A stretch of DNA of 64,000 bases from the NCBI GenBank assembly GCA_002633005.1, contig NMRA01000158.1:428733-492732 (forward strand), in the 5' to 3' direction. Source of the DNA: Phoronis australis. Its lineage: Eukaryota > Animalia > Phoronida. The translations under genes and the position numbers were made by a program. The notes below the pieces were generated by a model. The model saw only the letters and a program-made list of their open reading frames with translations, did no database searches and was not told the DNA's origin. Positions 13,639 through 25,816 of this stretch are shown one piece after another (positions within the stretch are counted from its first letter, which is position 1; each line of letters starts with the position of its first letter).

Positions 13639-16600
13639 TTATAACCGTAAGTCGCCAATGAACGCCAAGGAAGCAGGGTGTCCTCCATCAAGTCTCTTTT
13701 CCATATCGAGCGACTGCATCAGAAACTCTATGTATGCCATGTGATCTCCAAGAGATAAAAATGCAAAAGCGAGATTTCGTAAACTGATCGCGATGTCCTT
13801 GTGATCTCCATCACCGTACATCCTTTTGCGCATGCTCAGTGCTTCTATGAACGATTGCTTAGCTTCTTCATTCTTGCCCAATCGTGTATACATTACGCCT
13901 GCTCTATCTAAGCATGAAACTATGAAAGCACCATCTTTGTCGCCGATTGCTTGTCTTTTAAGTTCCAAAGCCTTCAAGTAGAATTCCAGCGCTTCCTTCA
14001 AGTGTTCCATGTTATCATGTATACATCCCACATCAAACAACGACTTAGCAATGTCAGAGAAATTGCTACGTAAGCGCGTTCTCATTTCTAAAGAGTCCTT
14101 GTGGTATTCTAGTGCGTGGTCAAAATCCTTCCTCATACTTAACACGTTCCCAATGTTGCTTAAACATATCGCAATGTCTGGATGGTCTCTGTTGTTATGG
14201 CATCTATTCATCATCGCCAAAGCATCTTGGTGGATTTGCTCTGCGGTTTCGAGTTGCCCTTTGTATTCTTCCAATTTGCCGATGTTATTCAAAGCCGCAG
14301 CAATGTGTGGGTGGTCACCGTTGCTATGCAACCTCTTATACATGTCGAGAGCGTCGTTGAGAAACTTCTCTGATTGCTCAAAATCTTTCATTTTTCTGTA
14401 TACCGTCCCGAGACTGGTCAAAGAAACTGCAATGCTGGAATGGTCTTGGTTGTTGTTCAGCTGCCTGTCCATGCTTAAAGCCTGTTTGTGATGCAGTAAT
14501 GCTTTGTCATAATTCCCTAAGTTGGTATAGACCACGGCTGTGTTGTGCAAACTCGCTGACAGATCCGGGTGATTTCCATTTCCGTGCAGCCTGAGCCTCA
14601 TGTCCAGAGCTTGAAGGAGGTATCGTAAAGCCTCATCAAACTCACCTTTCTCTTTGTAGGCGTGGCCAATGTTAGCAAGACTTCTAGCTATTTGAAGGTC
14701 GTCACGCTGACCATTCAGCTTCATTTTCATGTCTCGCGATCTCATAAAATGCTGCAATGCCTCATCGGGTTTACCCAGGTCCAGGTACGTGCTTCCGATA
14801 TTATTTAAGCAAAGCACCATATCGTCATGATCTTCATCACCATGTATATGTCTCCATGCATCATGTGAATTTAGAATGGTTGCGAAGGCCATATCAGACT
14901 TCCCTTGTGCTACATACAGGCAAGCCATGCGGTTCAGGCTATAGGCAAACGCAGAAGAATGGTCGCCTCTTCTTTCGAGAATACTCTGCACAGTGTTTTC
15001 GTAGAACAAAGTCTCATCCAGTCGGTCTTCGAAAAAATATGAATTACCTATTAGTACCAGACACTGTCGCATCTTCTCGTCCGTTTCACAATACGTGATA
15101 TCACGCCCTTCGTACGTTATTTTCCGCAGGTCAGCTTTTCCTTCAAATTTGTTACCTTCCATCATTCTTTCAATATGTGACGCAAAATGATTTCGCGATT
15201 GCTTGAACATGCAACAGTGAAGTTCAACGAGCCCTGTTACGAATTCGTTGTGTTCGTAAAAAGTCTGCCCGAGTTTAATTTTCTTCAAAAACGCATCGTT
15301 ATCATTTTCTTGTAAAGCGCTGGTAAATGGTATTATAGTGTAGTAGCATCGGAACACTAGGGTATGGTTTTGAATATGGGCAACTGGGTTTGACCCTGGA
15401 GTTGTATTCAGATGAGAGCTGGGACAGAGCAAGCTTATAGACTCTTCTTGGTGTTTCTTCTCAGAGTAGATGGACAATCTCAGGAGCGAAACTATTGATA
15501 CGACACATTTCAAATTGTGAACAGCCTCTTGCGTGAGTATATCTGCTGACCCCATCTCCTCTAACACCTCCCATGTGCTGTTACTGTTCAAGGAGTAGAG
15601 GGTTTTGAATAGACAGATGACTAGTGTAGGTAATCTGAACAAGTCTTTCTTGATATCGTGGACAACTGCATCTTTATGAAAACTCATATTTGGATAGAAG
15701 TCGCCTATGAGATCTTGGATTTCCCCGAACGCCTTCACTTTCACGTCATCGCTGTTTTTAGCTTGGGCCCGAGCTGAAGTGAATTCGTCCAAGAGTTTGT
15801 TCGCTTTGTTACTTCCATCGATCTGTACGATGGAAGTCATTATGCGATCGATGTTATAACCCTCTTTCAGCGCAGTGTTATATTCACACAGCTGTGCCAT
15901 ACGCTGAGGTGTCCGGATCAGTTCACGACCTTCCTTGGTTGGCCTGTCCGGTCGACCAAGAGGCGTGTTACACGCATAAGGGGCGGCGCTGTCGAACTGA
16001 AACCCACGAAGTGCAACATTGTCTATAAACCAATTCCCGCCTGGTGTGTCGTAGTCGTTTAGTGATTTGATGGCAAGGGATTTTAGAAGAGTTTCTTGAA
16101 TATTAAGAACGAACAAATGGACCATCTTAGCTAAGTTCTTGAAGTAGTCCATGTTCTTTGTGTCATCTTCTACTAAAATAGCCCATTCAACATCAGAATA
16201 AGGAGTTGTCTCCCCTCTCGCTAACGAGCCTAGAGCAACAGCTACATATTCTTGAGGTGGCATACCGAGGATATCTTTGCTTAGAGACAGCAAATACCGA
16301 AAGAACTCAATGATTGCTGCACTCAAGTCAGCAAACAGACGCTGCGTCTTGTCGTTAAAGTCCTTTTCTATCTCAATGCGTTCAGAGTCAGGGGCATCAA
16401 GACTGTAGTTACTCTCCATTTCTTTCAGTAGGTTTTGAGATCTTTCAGAAAATTCAATTCTTAACTCAGCTAGTCTGCCTTTAATATCAGCCCTAAAATC
16501 TGATGGTAGTTTATTAGGTTTTACTGACACAGCTTTGCAAAATTCGCATTCCGTTTCCTTCAGCAAGAGTTCCAGTTGATCAACTAAACTGGACTCCTTA

Positions 16601-18429
16601 GTTCTCATTAAACCCGCGTGGAGGAGCGCTGCTGACTTGATGAAATGGTCTGTGTCTTTTGTCACTCTCCCACGTTCACAGTACACGTTCCCCATATCTT
16701 TCAGAATCCGTGCGTCAGCCTCAAGGTCTTCACGCGAACCATCTTTCAGGAGCTGTGCCAACTTCTTTTCTTCTACCTCTAGCGCCAAAACGTGATCGTC
16801 TGTAACCAAAAATAAAACATCAGCTGCAATGAAAATTTTTGCTTTTGCATCTCGTGTTGTATCCAAATTTTCAGCATTATCCGGGTACTTTTCGGAAGGA
16901 AGGAATTTAACGGCACTCAGTCTATCGCATGTATTCAAGACATCCATATTTATAACGTTTGTTCATCAATCAATGTATTTAATTATGTAATAAAGGTCAT
17001 AATTCCAATGTACAAAAGAACAATACTTAAATGTGCAGCAAGCTATCACGGAGACGAAAGGCATAAAATACATATTTACATATATTAACTAATTTAGCAT
17101 CATAATCTGTTGACATCCATCTACTGAACTTGAAAAAAGACGGTAAATTCCAGTAGTACATCTCAGTATAATTTTAACTCAATTAGAATATTTATCACAA
17201 CTTAGGATCGTTTTCAATACCACTGGGGCAGAAGGGACACACTCTGTGTGCCCTATCCAAATTCAAGTGCCTGCCTACTTCAATCATGAGACTGTGGCTA
17301 AAACAACGAAAAGTGTCATTGACAAAATTTATGCACAAGGTATATTCAGACTTAAAAAAATCCAAATTGAATTCCTTTTTAAGTTGATCATAAAAACACA
17401 GTTGAGAATTACTCTCAACACTTTGTCTCCATCATAGAAACATAGACCATGTTGGTGAAGTGAAAAGCGTCTGGGGTTAAACCAGGTTTTACTAGACCAC
17501 TGGTCTAAAAGTTACACCACTTTTACAATATGCAGATTATCTTTAAACTTGATCTAAATCCAGTTTAAACGAAGTTTAACTTTAAATCGCTTTTATGAAA
17601 TCGGATGTATAAGTCTAATTGATGTGGCCTAATTAGGGAGTTTGTTTGTCTTCGGATAAAGATGTTGACGATATACTCCAGGTGCAATGACGAAACAATC
17701 ATTCAAAATAAATTACAATACTAATGAATTATGAAAGCACTTAATAACATTTCAAAAGTCTAGGAAGACTAATCCGCGTTTCACGTTTCTCTAGAGCGGG
17801 GAATAAATTTGTCGTACAAAACCCAGATGCAAGAATTTTTCTGAAATCTATGTATTACCTCTAGGAATGCAAATATACTGATATTAGATGATATAGGGTA
17901 TAAGGTAAAATAAACGGGGAAATGTAAGATAGTAATATTTTATTTCCAGTATATATGAATGAGATGCTCTCTGGCGAAAATCTGCTGTGGTTAACCTTTG
18001 CACATAAAGGAAATAGTATGCTCCTAAGGCCGTATGAAACGAGGATCCGGGGACTCGTGGGTAGTCATCTCTCTTACCCCCTAACAATTTGCTGGGGTAG
18101 GGGCGAAGCCTCGTTGGTGACAAGAGGTAATGCAAAATTATATACCGACGACGGGATGGGAGGAGGGGGAGGGGGTTGGGGCACAGTTTGGGGAAGTCGA
18201 ATTTGATAATTTGCGCCACAAATAAATTTTACCGCCCTCCACACCTGTGGGCGGTTTTTGTTTCATCCCTGCATGTCCTAAACAGTGTCGTTACGAAAAG
18301 CCACTAACAGTTCTGCCAGTCCTCTGTCTAACAAAACCAACTCTCTGAAACTATAGCCGGCTTACCAAAATCCCGCCTCTCGAGTTGCTCTGTATCTCGC
18401 CAATCATCAGAGTGTTCGTTCTCCGCCAT
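13639..18429 (-). CDS. Nucleotidyltransferase (GlnD/DUF294-like) + helical domain + TPR-array protein, paralogue 1 (~1074 aa)
   Basis: Predicted exon 1 is 18429-18366 (MAENEHSDDWRDTEQLERRDF, donor GTAAGC, phase 1). Exon 2 is 16799-13639 (acceptor TTTTTGGTTACAG), in frame with the 1102-aa ORF. NTase motif VALGSLARGETTPYSDVEWAILV at about 16240-16175; DUF294_C-like segment DIKKDLFRLPTL...STWEVLEEM...LLRL; then about 10 TPRs of the DHPDIAxSLNNIG type. Confidence 0.85.
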
Positions 18430-19812
18430 GACAGTCGTCATTGATATCAGAATGTCTGTCTAACGAAACTCGACTGCAACTGAAACTGAAACAAAGTTAC
18501 CATTACACAACCGTGAGTGTCTTCATACTGAATTCAGACCATGGTATAAATTGCACGGTGTATGATGACGTCGTATACCTTCGATATTGTTAATATTAAA
18601 CCAGTCCATATTAGGCCTCTACACCCTTGGTCAATGATGTTCCTGGAAACACCATAAAAATTAACCAATGCAGTACTGACTCCGGTGTATATAAAGCTAA
18701 CGAAGGTGAACCGCCGTTAAATTAATATGATAAAACAGCGGTCCTGCTCACTGACATGACACTGTCACAACACAACACTAAGGTGACATACCTTTAGATA
18801 AACACCTCGCTCTAAAGTACTGTTACAAGATGCATCCTTATCCACGTAATACACTCCGACACTGTTGTACTTCCTGGTCGCGCACGTAGGGTCACTGAAT
18901 GGTTTACATTAACCGAGAGGTTTTTACTTCAGTCAACAAAAGGATACAAAGGTGCAAACACGTACAACTCTTTCATCTGGGATTTTTTTCTTCGCAACTG
19001 CATTTTCACTGCTAGTATAAGACTATCAGATATCCGGAATATACAGACACCGAGTTTCAGCGTTCAGGTGACGAGAATCATTTGAATACTGCATGTGAGT
19101 TCACCTCGTCCTTGGTCCGAGTTGTAACCCTGGAATGACACAGGGGCCCTTCAGTATGGGAAGAAATATGCTTTCCTTGCTCCCGAACCTGTTTTTGTCT
19201 AAGCGAAATATTTGTGCTAGAATAACTAAGGCTCCCTTGCAATTGGGAAATACAAACGGAAAAGTAAAGCAATCCAGATATCATTGATAAACATGGATCG
19301 TCTTGCAAAATGTTTATGATATAGTACAGAATGTTTTTATTTGTAAACCAGGGCCCCTTGATGAGCAAGTATAACTTATAGGAGATTTTTAAGTTGTCAT
19401 TTTATTGAAAAGCAGGTGGCATTGGAGACGGACGAAGCATGACGCTTCAATCGTCTTTTAAAAAGTCTATGATATGGAATAACTTGTTTAAATTTGTAAA
19501 CTAGCGCCCTCTGAGAACTTGAACAGCTGCAACTTGAAACGCAGCAGGAATTAAGAAACGGACGCAGCGTGAAGCTGTAGCGACGATTTCACTGAATTTG
19601 TCTCCTCCGTGGAAGGAAAATAGTTGTCAATGGATGGCATCTGCTATTCGCTTCCTAAAAATTCAGAGTTGTTGTTTTAAAAACTGCTTGGAGTTTGATG
19701 AACGAGAGTTCACGTCTTTCACGGAAGCCATTCGAAAGAGACAAACAATATTTATTCGCACACGGTTTACGAATTTATAGCGAACGATGGGCTCAGGTGT
19801 AACTGGCAATAA

Positions 19813-19968
19813 CTGGCGTGCGTTCAGTAGACGCTAGGACCTACGCTAGGACCTAGCTAAAATCTAGTCAAAGTCACGTGTTCTCATTTGAAATGCACGG
19901 CAATATCTCACGTAATCTCGCGAAGTCTTGATTTTTAGCGAGGTCCTAGCGTTACTGAACGGGAGGCT
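19813..19968. mobile_element. ~155-bp MITE-like element (second copy at about 61714-61876)
   Basis: CGTTCAGTAGACGCTAGGACCT ... AGGTCCTAGCGTTACTGAACG inverted repeat; the same sequence recurs 42 kb away. Confidence 0.7.
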
Positions 19969-21199
19969 GGTTTATATGTATGTAAAAATAAAGCAATACA
20001 ACGTAAACGCTCTATTACGAACAGCCACGTAAGCTACCTGAACCGTTTCTGCGTGCGAGATTGTCTCGCCGCTTGTTGAAGGTTTGTGCTACCGTTTCGC
20101 TACACCATCAACGTCCGGTTTTATGACTCAGTGGCGGACCTAGGATGCGATAAGNNNNNNNNNNNNNNNNNNNNNNNNNNNNNNNNNNGAGGCAACAAAC
20201 AAGCGTGCGTGCACCCAGCTTAAAATGTACGGGGGAGCTCCAATTACTGAGCTGGGAGTGTGAAGGTTTTTGAAAGTTTCACCAAACACAAACGGACAAC
20301 TAAAACGGGAATATGGCTGTGCTGCTGGTCCGAGCCCTCATACACGCACGCACAAGCTGGAATTGGACGACTTATTAAATCTTGTTTCACCCACATGTTC
20401 ATTACCAGGCTTGATTGAGCTCAATGTTTGCTCACGCTCATGCTCTCTTGCAGTTTTATTTTTTTTGCGGCAGTCAAGGGGGGGGGGGGCTAAAGCCGCC
20501 TATGTGACTTACGTCAAATTTGACTTATTGACTACTAACACGTATTGGCCATTATGCTTGAAACCGATGTTTTATGTCCAAACAGTGGCAATGGTTTTGG
20601 ATGTTTGGAACACGAGCGCTTTCACGTTTACGTTGATGCTAAAACGAGACATGCTGTCCTTAACAACAGTACACAGCATTCATTTTTGCAGCGCCACCAA
20701 AGCGTGCAAGTAGTGCATTATTACGCTGTGTATCATTGTAATCACCTACGCGACTCCTATTTGGTAACTATAACGCCGTCACGAACTGTTGGTTGTGTTA
20801 TAACACCCTTATATTCCCTTTTGAGCGAAAATGTAACGTCGCCGGTGGCGTTTATGTGTACTGCGGCGGTCACTTCACCTTTGCATTTTGGACCTGTCCC
20901 GCTTTTTATTGTAAAGGGGCGCGTGTTGATATAGAGGAATGAGGCACGGGTATGTAGTTTCAGTTGTTCATTTCACGAACTACAAAAACAAAAAACACCA
21001 TATAAAATAAAATAAAACAACAAAAGTAGTAAAATTTAATATCAGAGCAACCTTACGTCATATACACCATAGGCAAAGCAACAGTGTTTACATTCCTTGA
21101 AATTCATCAGCACCTATTAATGCCAATTACACAAGTTAGACACACGGACAATCATAATTTTGCCTACTATGTATGGAATACGGAATGAGAGTGGATGGC

Positions 21200-22340
21200 T
21201 GTGCCTGGAAGAGCAAGCTGGCGGTAATAGGGTTACGTAATCAGCAGCGTTGGCTGCAACCAGACCGTTAACAATGTTGTAGAGAAAAGTTTCACTGAGG
21301 TCAGCTCTTCTATTTTTCAGAGATCTCAGTTGAGCTGATGAAGTATGTTCGACACCCTGGAACTTTGTATATGTTTATTAGCTACGCGCTCTGCACTGGA
21401 CCATGTCAATGTTTTGACCTTCCGTTCCACGTATGGGTCCAAGACGCTAAAGCCGAGTATTCCAAGACTGGCCTCACAAGAGATTTGTTGGCACTTTCTT
21501 TCACACGTAAATTGCTCACATGTAAGCTACGTAGAAAGCTCAATAGTTTCTTGTTGGCTTTTGTTGTGATGGTATCTACATATGACTTCTACGATAAGTC
21601 AGCTGTATAAATAAGCCAAAGGCACTTAACTGAGTCAACGATCTCGAGTGTATGACCGTGAAATTGATAATGGGACTTGACAACTTTTACCCCTGTAAAC
21701 ACGTAATAGGCTACCTGGCACTCATCAGGATGGCATTTCATCAGCGATCTAGTCTCCCAAGCAGCAAGCCCGCAAGGTCTTGATGGAGCTTCGCTAAATC
21801 AGATTGGCTTATAATTGTCAGATAGGTTATGGTGTCATCTGCAACGAGGCGAGTTTTGGATGTCATTGATACCAAACGGAGACAGGATACAAGGACTGAT
21901 CCCTGAGGGTCTCCAGATGATACAGTAATCGAGAACCACTATCTGTAAACGGAATGATAAGAAGGGATGAATCCGCAGGAGCCGGGTTTGCCACTGACAC
22001 CGTGTCGATAGCTTGTACAATAGTCTAGGATGATTTACTTTGTCAAAAGCTTTCGAGATGTCCGTGATCAGAACTTCTGTTTCCACACCTGATATCTTGT
22101 TTAAGAGATCATATGTAAATTGTATGAGTTGAATATCACATGATGGCTTTACTCTAAAGCCATGTTGGAGGTCATACAGGATGTTGTTAGATGACGCCGC
22201 ATGGTCCATGATGTTGCTGACCAAGATGGGCTTCATTAGCTTACTAGCAATCGATGATAAAGAGTAGTCTCTAGTTGGGTGGGTCGAATCGTTTACCCTT
22301 TTTTGAAGATTGGAGACAAATTGCCATTTTTCCAGTTGTT
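21200..22340 (-). mobile_element. Degenerate non-LTR retrotransposon (CR1/L2-like) reverse transcriptase remnant
   Basis: NNILYDLQHGFR..SC..QL...DISKAFDKVNHPRLLYKL in ORF 21835-22236. Downstream RT-type motifs (RPVLEYSALASWTH) are broken by stops and frameshifts. Ends approximate. Confidence 0.8.
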
Positions 22341-22408
22341 ATGTGCCGCCCTTACCACGTACTACGTTATTCTAATATACTATATGTTTAGAAGACAGCT
22401 TACCTTAA

Positions 22409-24627
22409 AGGAGAATGCACCTGTTTAATTAGTCTTTTTGCAGTCTTAATCGGTCTATATCCACATCGGTTCGCATACGCTCGACCTTACCTTGCCAAGA
22501 GATGTCACGTTAACATGTGAGGAAGGTGAGAAACGACGCTAGCGACGTCAATGGTTCATTTGCAGAGTGAATGCCACTATGTTGCGGTGATTCGTTCCCG
22601 CTTGTCCAAACTATGCAGCTGCGAGGAAAACGGGTATATCGTTTTTTTGACTTCCTCGAGAGTCCGAAATGCTTAGGAAGTGGCTCGCGGTAGTGAAGAA
22701 TGAAAAGTACGCTGTAAATAGCAAGTATGAGGCCGTGAAACATCTTCGTGTCTGTGGCCTGCAGTCGTCCACAGTGCCTGACGTCGGAATGCCGGCTTAC
22801 CAAGTAACTATCCATACGTTCCTTTATCTGAGCTTGTTCACGGCGCCTCTCTAGTTTTTCTTCATCACTGTATTCCTGTTCGAACTGATAGCCTGTGAAA
22901 CTTAACGATCTACCTGCGAAGTCTTCGATGAGTTCTCGTCTAAGTTGTAATTGCGAGTTGCCATGTTGACGTTTATTACTCAATGATCTGTTTCAAAAAT
23001 TAATATTCTCACCCTAACCAATACTTATATAATACTGAAACGAAGTCTGTCTCATTAGATGCAATTTGTAATGCCTTTGGAGTGTTCGTGAGTGCAAATG
23101 ATTTGAGAATCCAGCAATGAATAAATCACTGCGTTACGGGCTTTAGGTGCAATAAAACTAATTGACGGGACACCGAGGCCGTGTGAGCCCATACTAACTT
23201 AGCGTTTGCTGACAGAAACTCGATTTCCATCCCACGGCCAGGTGTTACGAGAATCTTTATTTACATTTACATTATTCAAATAATGATTGTCAATCATTAC
23301 AGCGTTCGGTCGTTCAGTAACTTTTCCACACGTGAGGGGTGCTGAACGTGCGATAACATCTGGCTCTTTTGTTAACTGCCCAGCTCAGTCTTTTGTCCCG
23401 TATGATAAGCAGGCCAATTATCTCCCAGGCTTCGAGGGAAACGTATGGTGGTTGCACGGTATTACCGAACGCGTATTCAGAACACAGTCAAACCCGCGTT
23501 GGTAATCCGTTTGGACTGAAAAGATTGTCTTAAATTCTGTTGTAGTTGGGCGATTTTGGTGATTCAAAAACTTAACATGGTGAGCATTTGACGAGGAATT
23601 CAGAAATGCTATTGGTTTCAGCTCAAATATGTAAAAACTCAACTTTCATTTTTATCAGCCCAGTCCACTCAGGATAGATACGATCTGATCGGAGATATGA
23701 GCAATTATCGAACAAAAGAGCGCAGGCCCTCCAACCATAAATGCCAGAATGGAGCTAATTAGTCGTGTAAGATATTGGCTACAGGGGTAAACCTCCCAAC
23801 TTGTTATTGGGCTATAGAATCGAACAAGTTGGGAGCAACGGGATGTCGCCGTCATGGTACAACTTCTGCCCTGACGGTGCTGTGGCCAAAGCGGAACCTG
23901 AATTCGCGGCTCCTGACGAGTAAGTAGATATGCAGTTTCGTGACAAATTCACCAACATAATCACGTGCACGTTACTTTGGCTCACTAGTATAGTATTTTC
24001 TTGAGTGGAAGTTTAGTTTCCAACTTCGACTGGTTTATGTTCGTGATGTCTGATCGGTTTCCGAGCCACTGGCAGGGATAACGACGGTCAATCCGGCCGC
24101 GACGGGCCTGATCGGGCTCCGAGCCACTGGCCAGGATAACATGCGTTTTGTGTGTTTAAAACTCAAAAAATCACAAGTCTAAACAACACAGATCTAGCTT
24201 CTCCTGTCAGTATCTCACGGAAAATACTTCGAATTTATCTCCGAACAGACCCCAAACTCAGTCCTGCTACGGACCTTATTGGCCTGTCGAACTTTGTAGG
24301 CTACGGTGTGTCCAGATACCAATAAATCCGTAACAGCAAAATAAAAAACACGTTTTTATAAGAACTTGGTGTATTTTAAGGGTTTTACATCGAAGTTTGA
24401 TGATTAATTGGTGTTAAACGGTGAATTCAAGCGATAAGCTAACACCACTAAATCGTGTTGTGAACTGGTGAACAGACTGCGTGTGAAACCACTGACGTCA
24501 TTGGATATTTTCAACACTTAAGTCTGCCGTAAGGTGTCAGGTAACGCAACCGTACGTGCCGTTATGGAGTAGAACTACTTGATCTAAATTAATACAAATT
24601 AGGTTGTTTTTTGGGTGACATGCTCCT
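22409..24627 (+). mobile_element. Kolobok-like non-autonomous DNA transposon with degenerate THAP domain (copy 2, inverted relative to copy 1)
   Basis: TTAA|AGGAGAATGCACC ... GGTGACATGCTCCT|TTAA; colinear in reverse complement with 5838-7507 plus about 550 extra bp. From 22579: [58 protein letters not shown]. Confidence 0.8.
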
Positions 24628-25043
24628 TTAACTGGATACAAACTGGTCCCGGACACAGCAAATACACTTGAAGATATTATAAATCGTCTGGAATGACTTC
24701 AAAGCACGTCTCGTCTCTTTCGAGTCCCAAGTACGAAGCACGACTGCACGAGTTACTAAAATAACTAAAACGGCTTACCTCAGTTCAGCTTCCCTCAGTC
24801 CACTCTGAACTCTACAAACTACTGCAAACATGAACTAATATACAGATACACACATATGTGCACAGTGACTATCCCAAGTCACACACACAGCTAAACACGT
24901 CTGAACACTCAGAGTTCACGGCGGCAACTCCCTAACGCTGAACTGCTGCTCTACAGGGATTCTGAAACTCCCGGGATGTGACGTCACTACCATAGATTCG
25001 CTGGAGCGCGGTCCACTACAGAGTCTAAATGCATCATGCACCT

Positions 25044-25631
25044 ACTCGCTGGTTCCCTGCGTGGACTAGGTGGGGCGGTAGCCGCCCCAGCACTCAGGTA
25101 TCACTTAATTTTCCTTGGTAATTTTTTTACACCGGAGTTTCTGATTGGCTAGTCGAATTCTCAACAGGCAGCGCTTTACGCAAACAAACTGGCATGACTG
25201 ATGGACTAAAGTGTAAATGTGGTCTGTTGTACAGACAAATCGGTGCTTAAAATTAATGTTCAGGAAATATGAGGCCTAGAAATTGTGATTGCGCCTTTTC
25301 ACTGAGAATGCATCTTTCTGCTGTCGATGACTTCTGTTTACGATAGTGTCCTATACTCATACAGTATGAATAAAACACCGATTAAGTCGACCAGATATTG
25401 TACATGTATGTTCTTCAAGAACGCGACTAATAAACTTCACTGCAGAAACGAAATAGTTGCTGCGACGCCACGTGCATGACAAGGCTAAAAATCGTTCACA
25501 GTCCGCCATTTTTTCACGGTGTTGTAAAGCTAACCAATGACTGCCGAGGTTACATCGACCAATGCTAAAGCGCGTGCCACTGCGTGATACCTGCGTGCCG
25601 GCTGGGCTAAGCACGCAGGGAACCAGCAAGT
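25044..25631. mobile_element. Non-autonomous TIR element with 8-bp target duplication
   Basis: ATGCACCT|ACTCGCTGGTTCCCTGCGTG ... CACGCAGGGAACCAGCAAGT|ATGCACCT. A related end occurs at about 36766-36785. Confidence 0.8.
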
Positions 25632-25657
25632 ATGCACCTCTCGAGTGACTTTTGAAT

Positions 25658-25816
25658 CACTGGCGGATTTAGAGGGGGCCCAAAGGGAACATGGCACCCG
25701 CTACAATTCTTCCAGATTCCATTTAGCTGTTCGGGGGTGCGAATGTCTGACGGGCAAAATCCTGGCTAATACTCTGCCCTGGCCCCCCCTAACTAAAAAT
25801 CCTGGATGCGCCCCTG
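25658..25816. mobile_element. ~160-bp MITE with 5-bp target duplication
   Basis: TGAAT|CACTGGCGGATTTAG ... CTGGATGCGCCCCTG|TGAAT. Confidence 0.65.

Noticed and set aside
14009-15098. Plus-strand ORFs overlapping paralogue 1 (and similar ones at 31310-33072)
   Set aside because: Antisense shadows of the TPR coding sequence with no recognisable motifs.
13639-16799. Calling the TPR proteins kinesin light chain, nephrocystin-3 or cGAS/OAS
   Set aside because: The KLC/NPHP3 resemblance is limited to the repeat type. There is no KLC heptad region and no P-loop, and the NTase motif spacing and helical domain are GlnD/DUF294-like rather than Mab21/OAS-like.
16800-16947. ORF-track start MDVLNTCDRL... 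for NTase-TPR paralogue 1
   Set aside because: It has no counterpart in paralogue 2 and ends in a pyrimidine-rich acceptor at the position where paralogue 2 also has one. It is more likely open intron, with the true start in exon 18429-18366.
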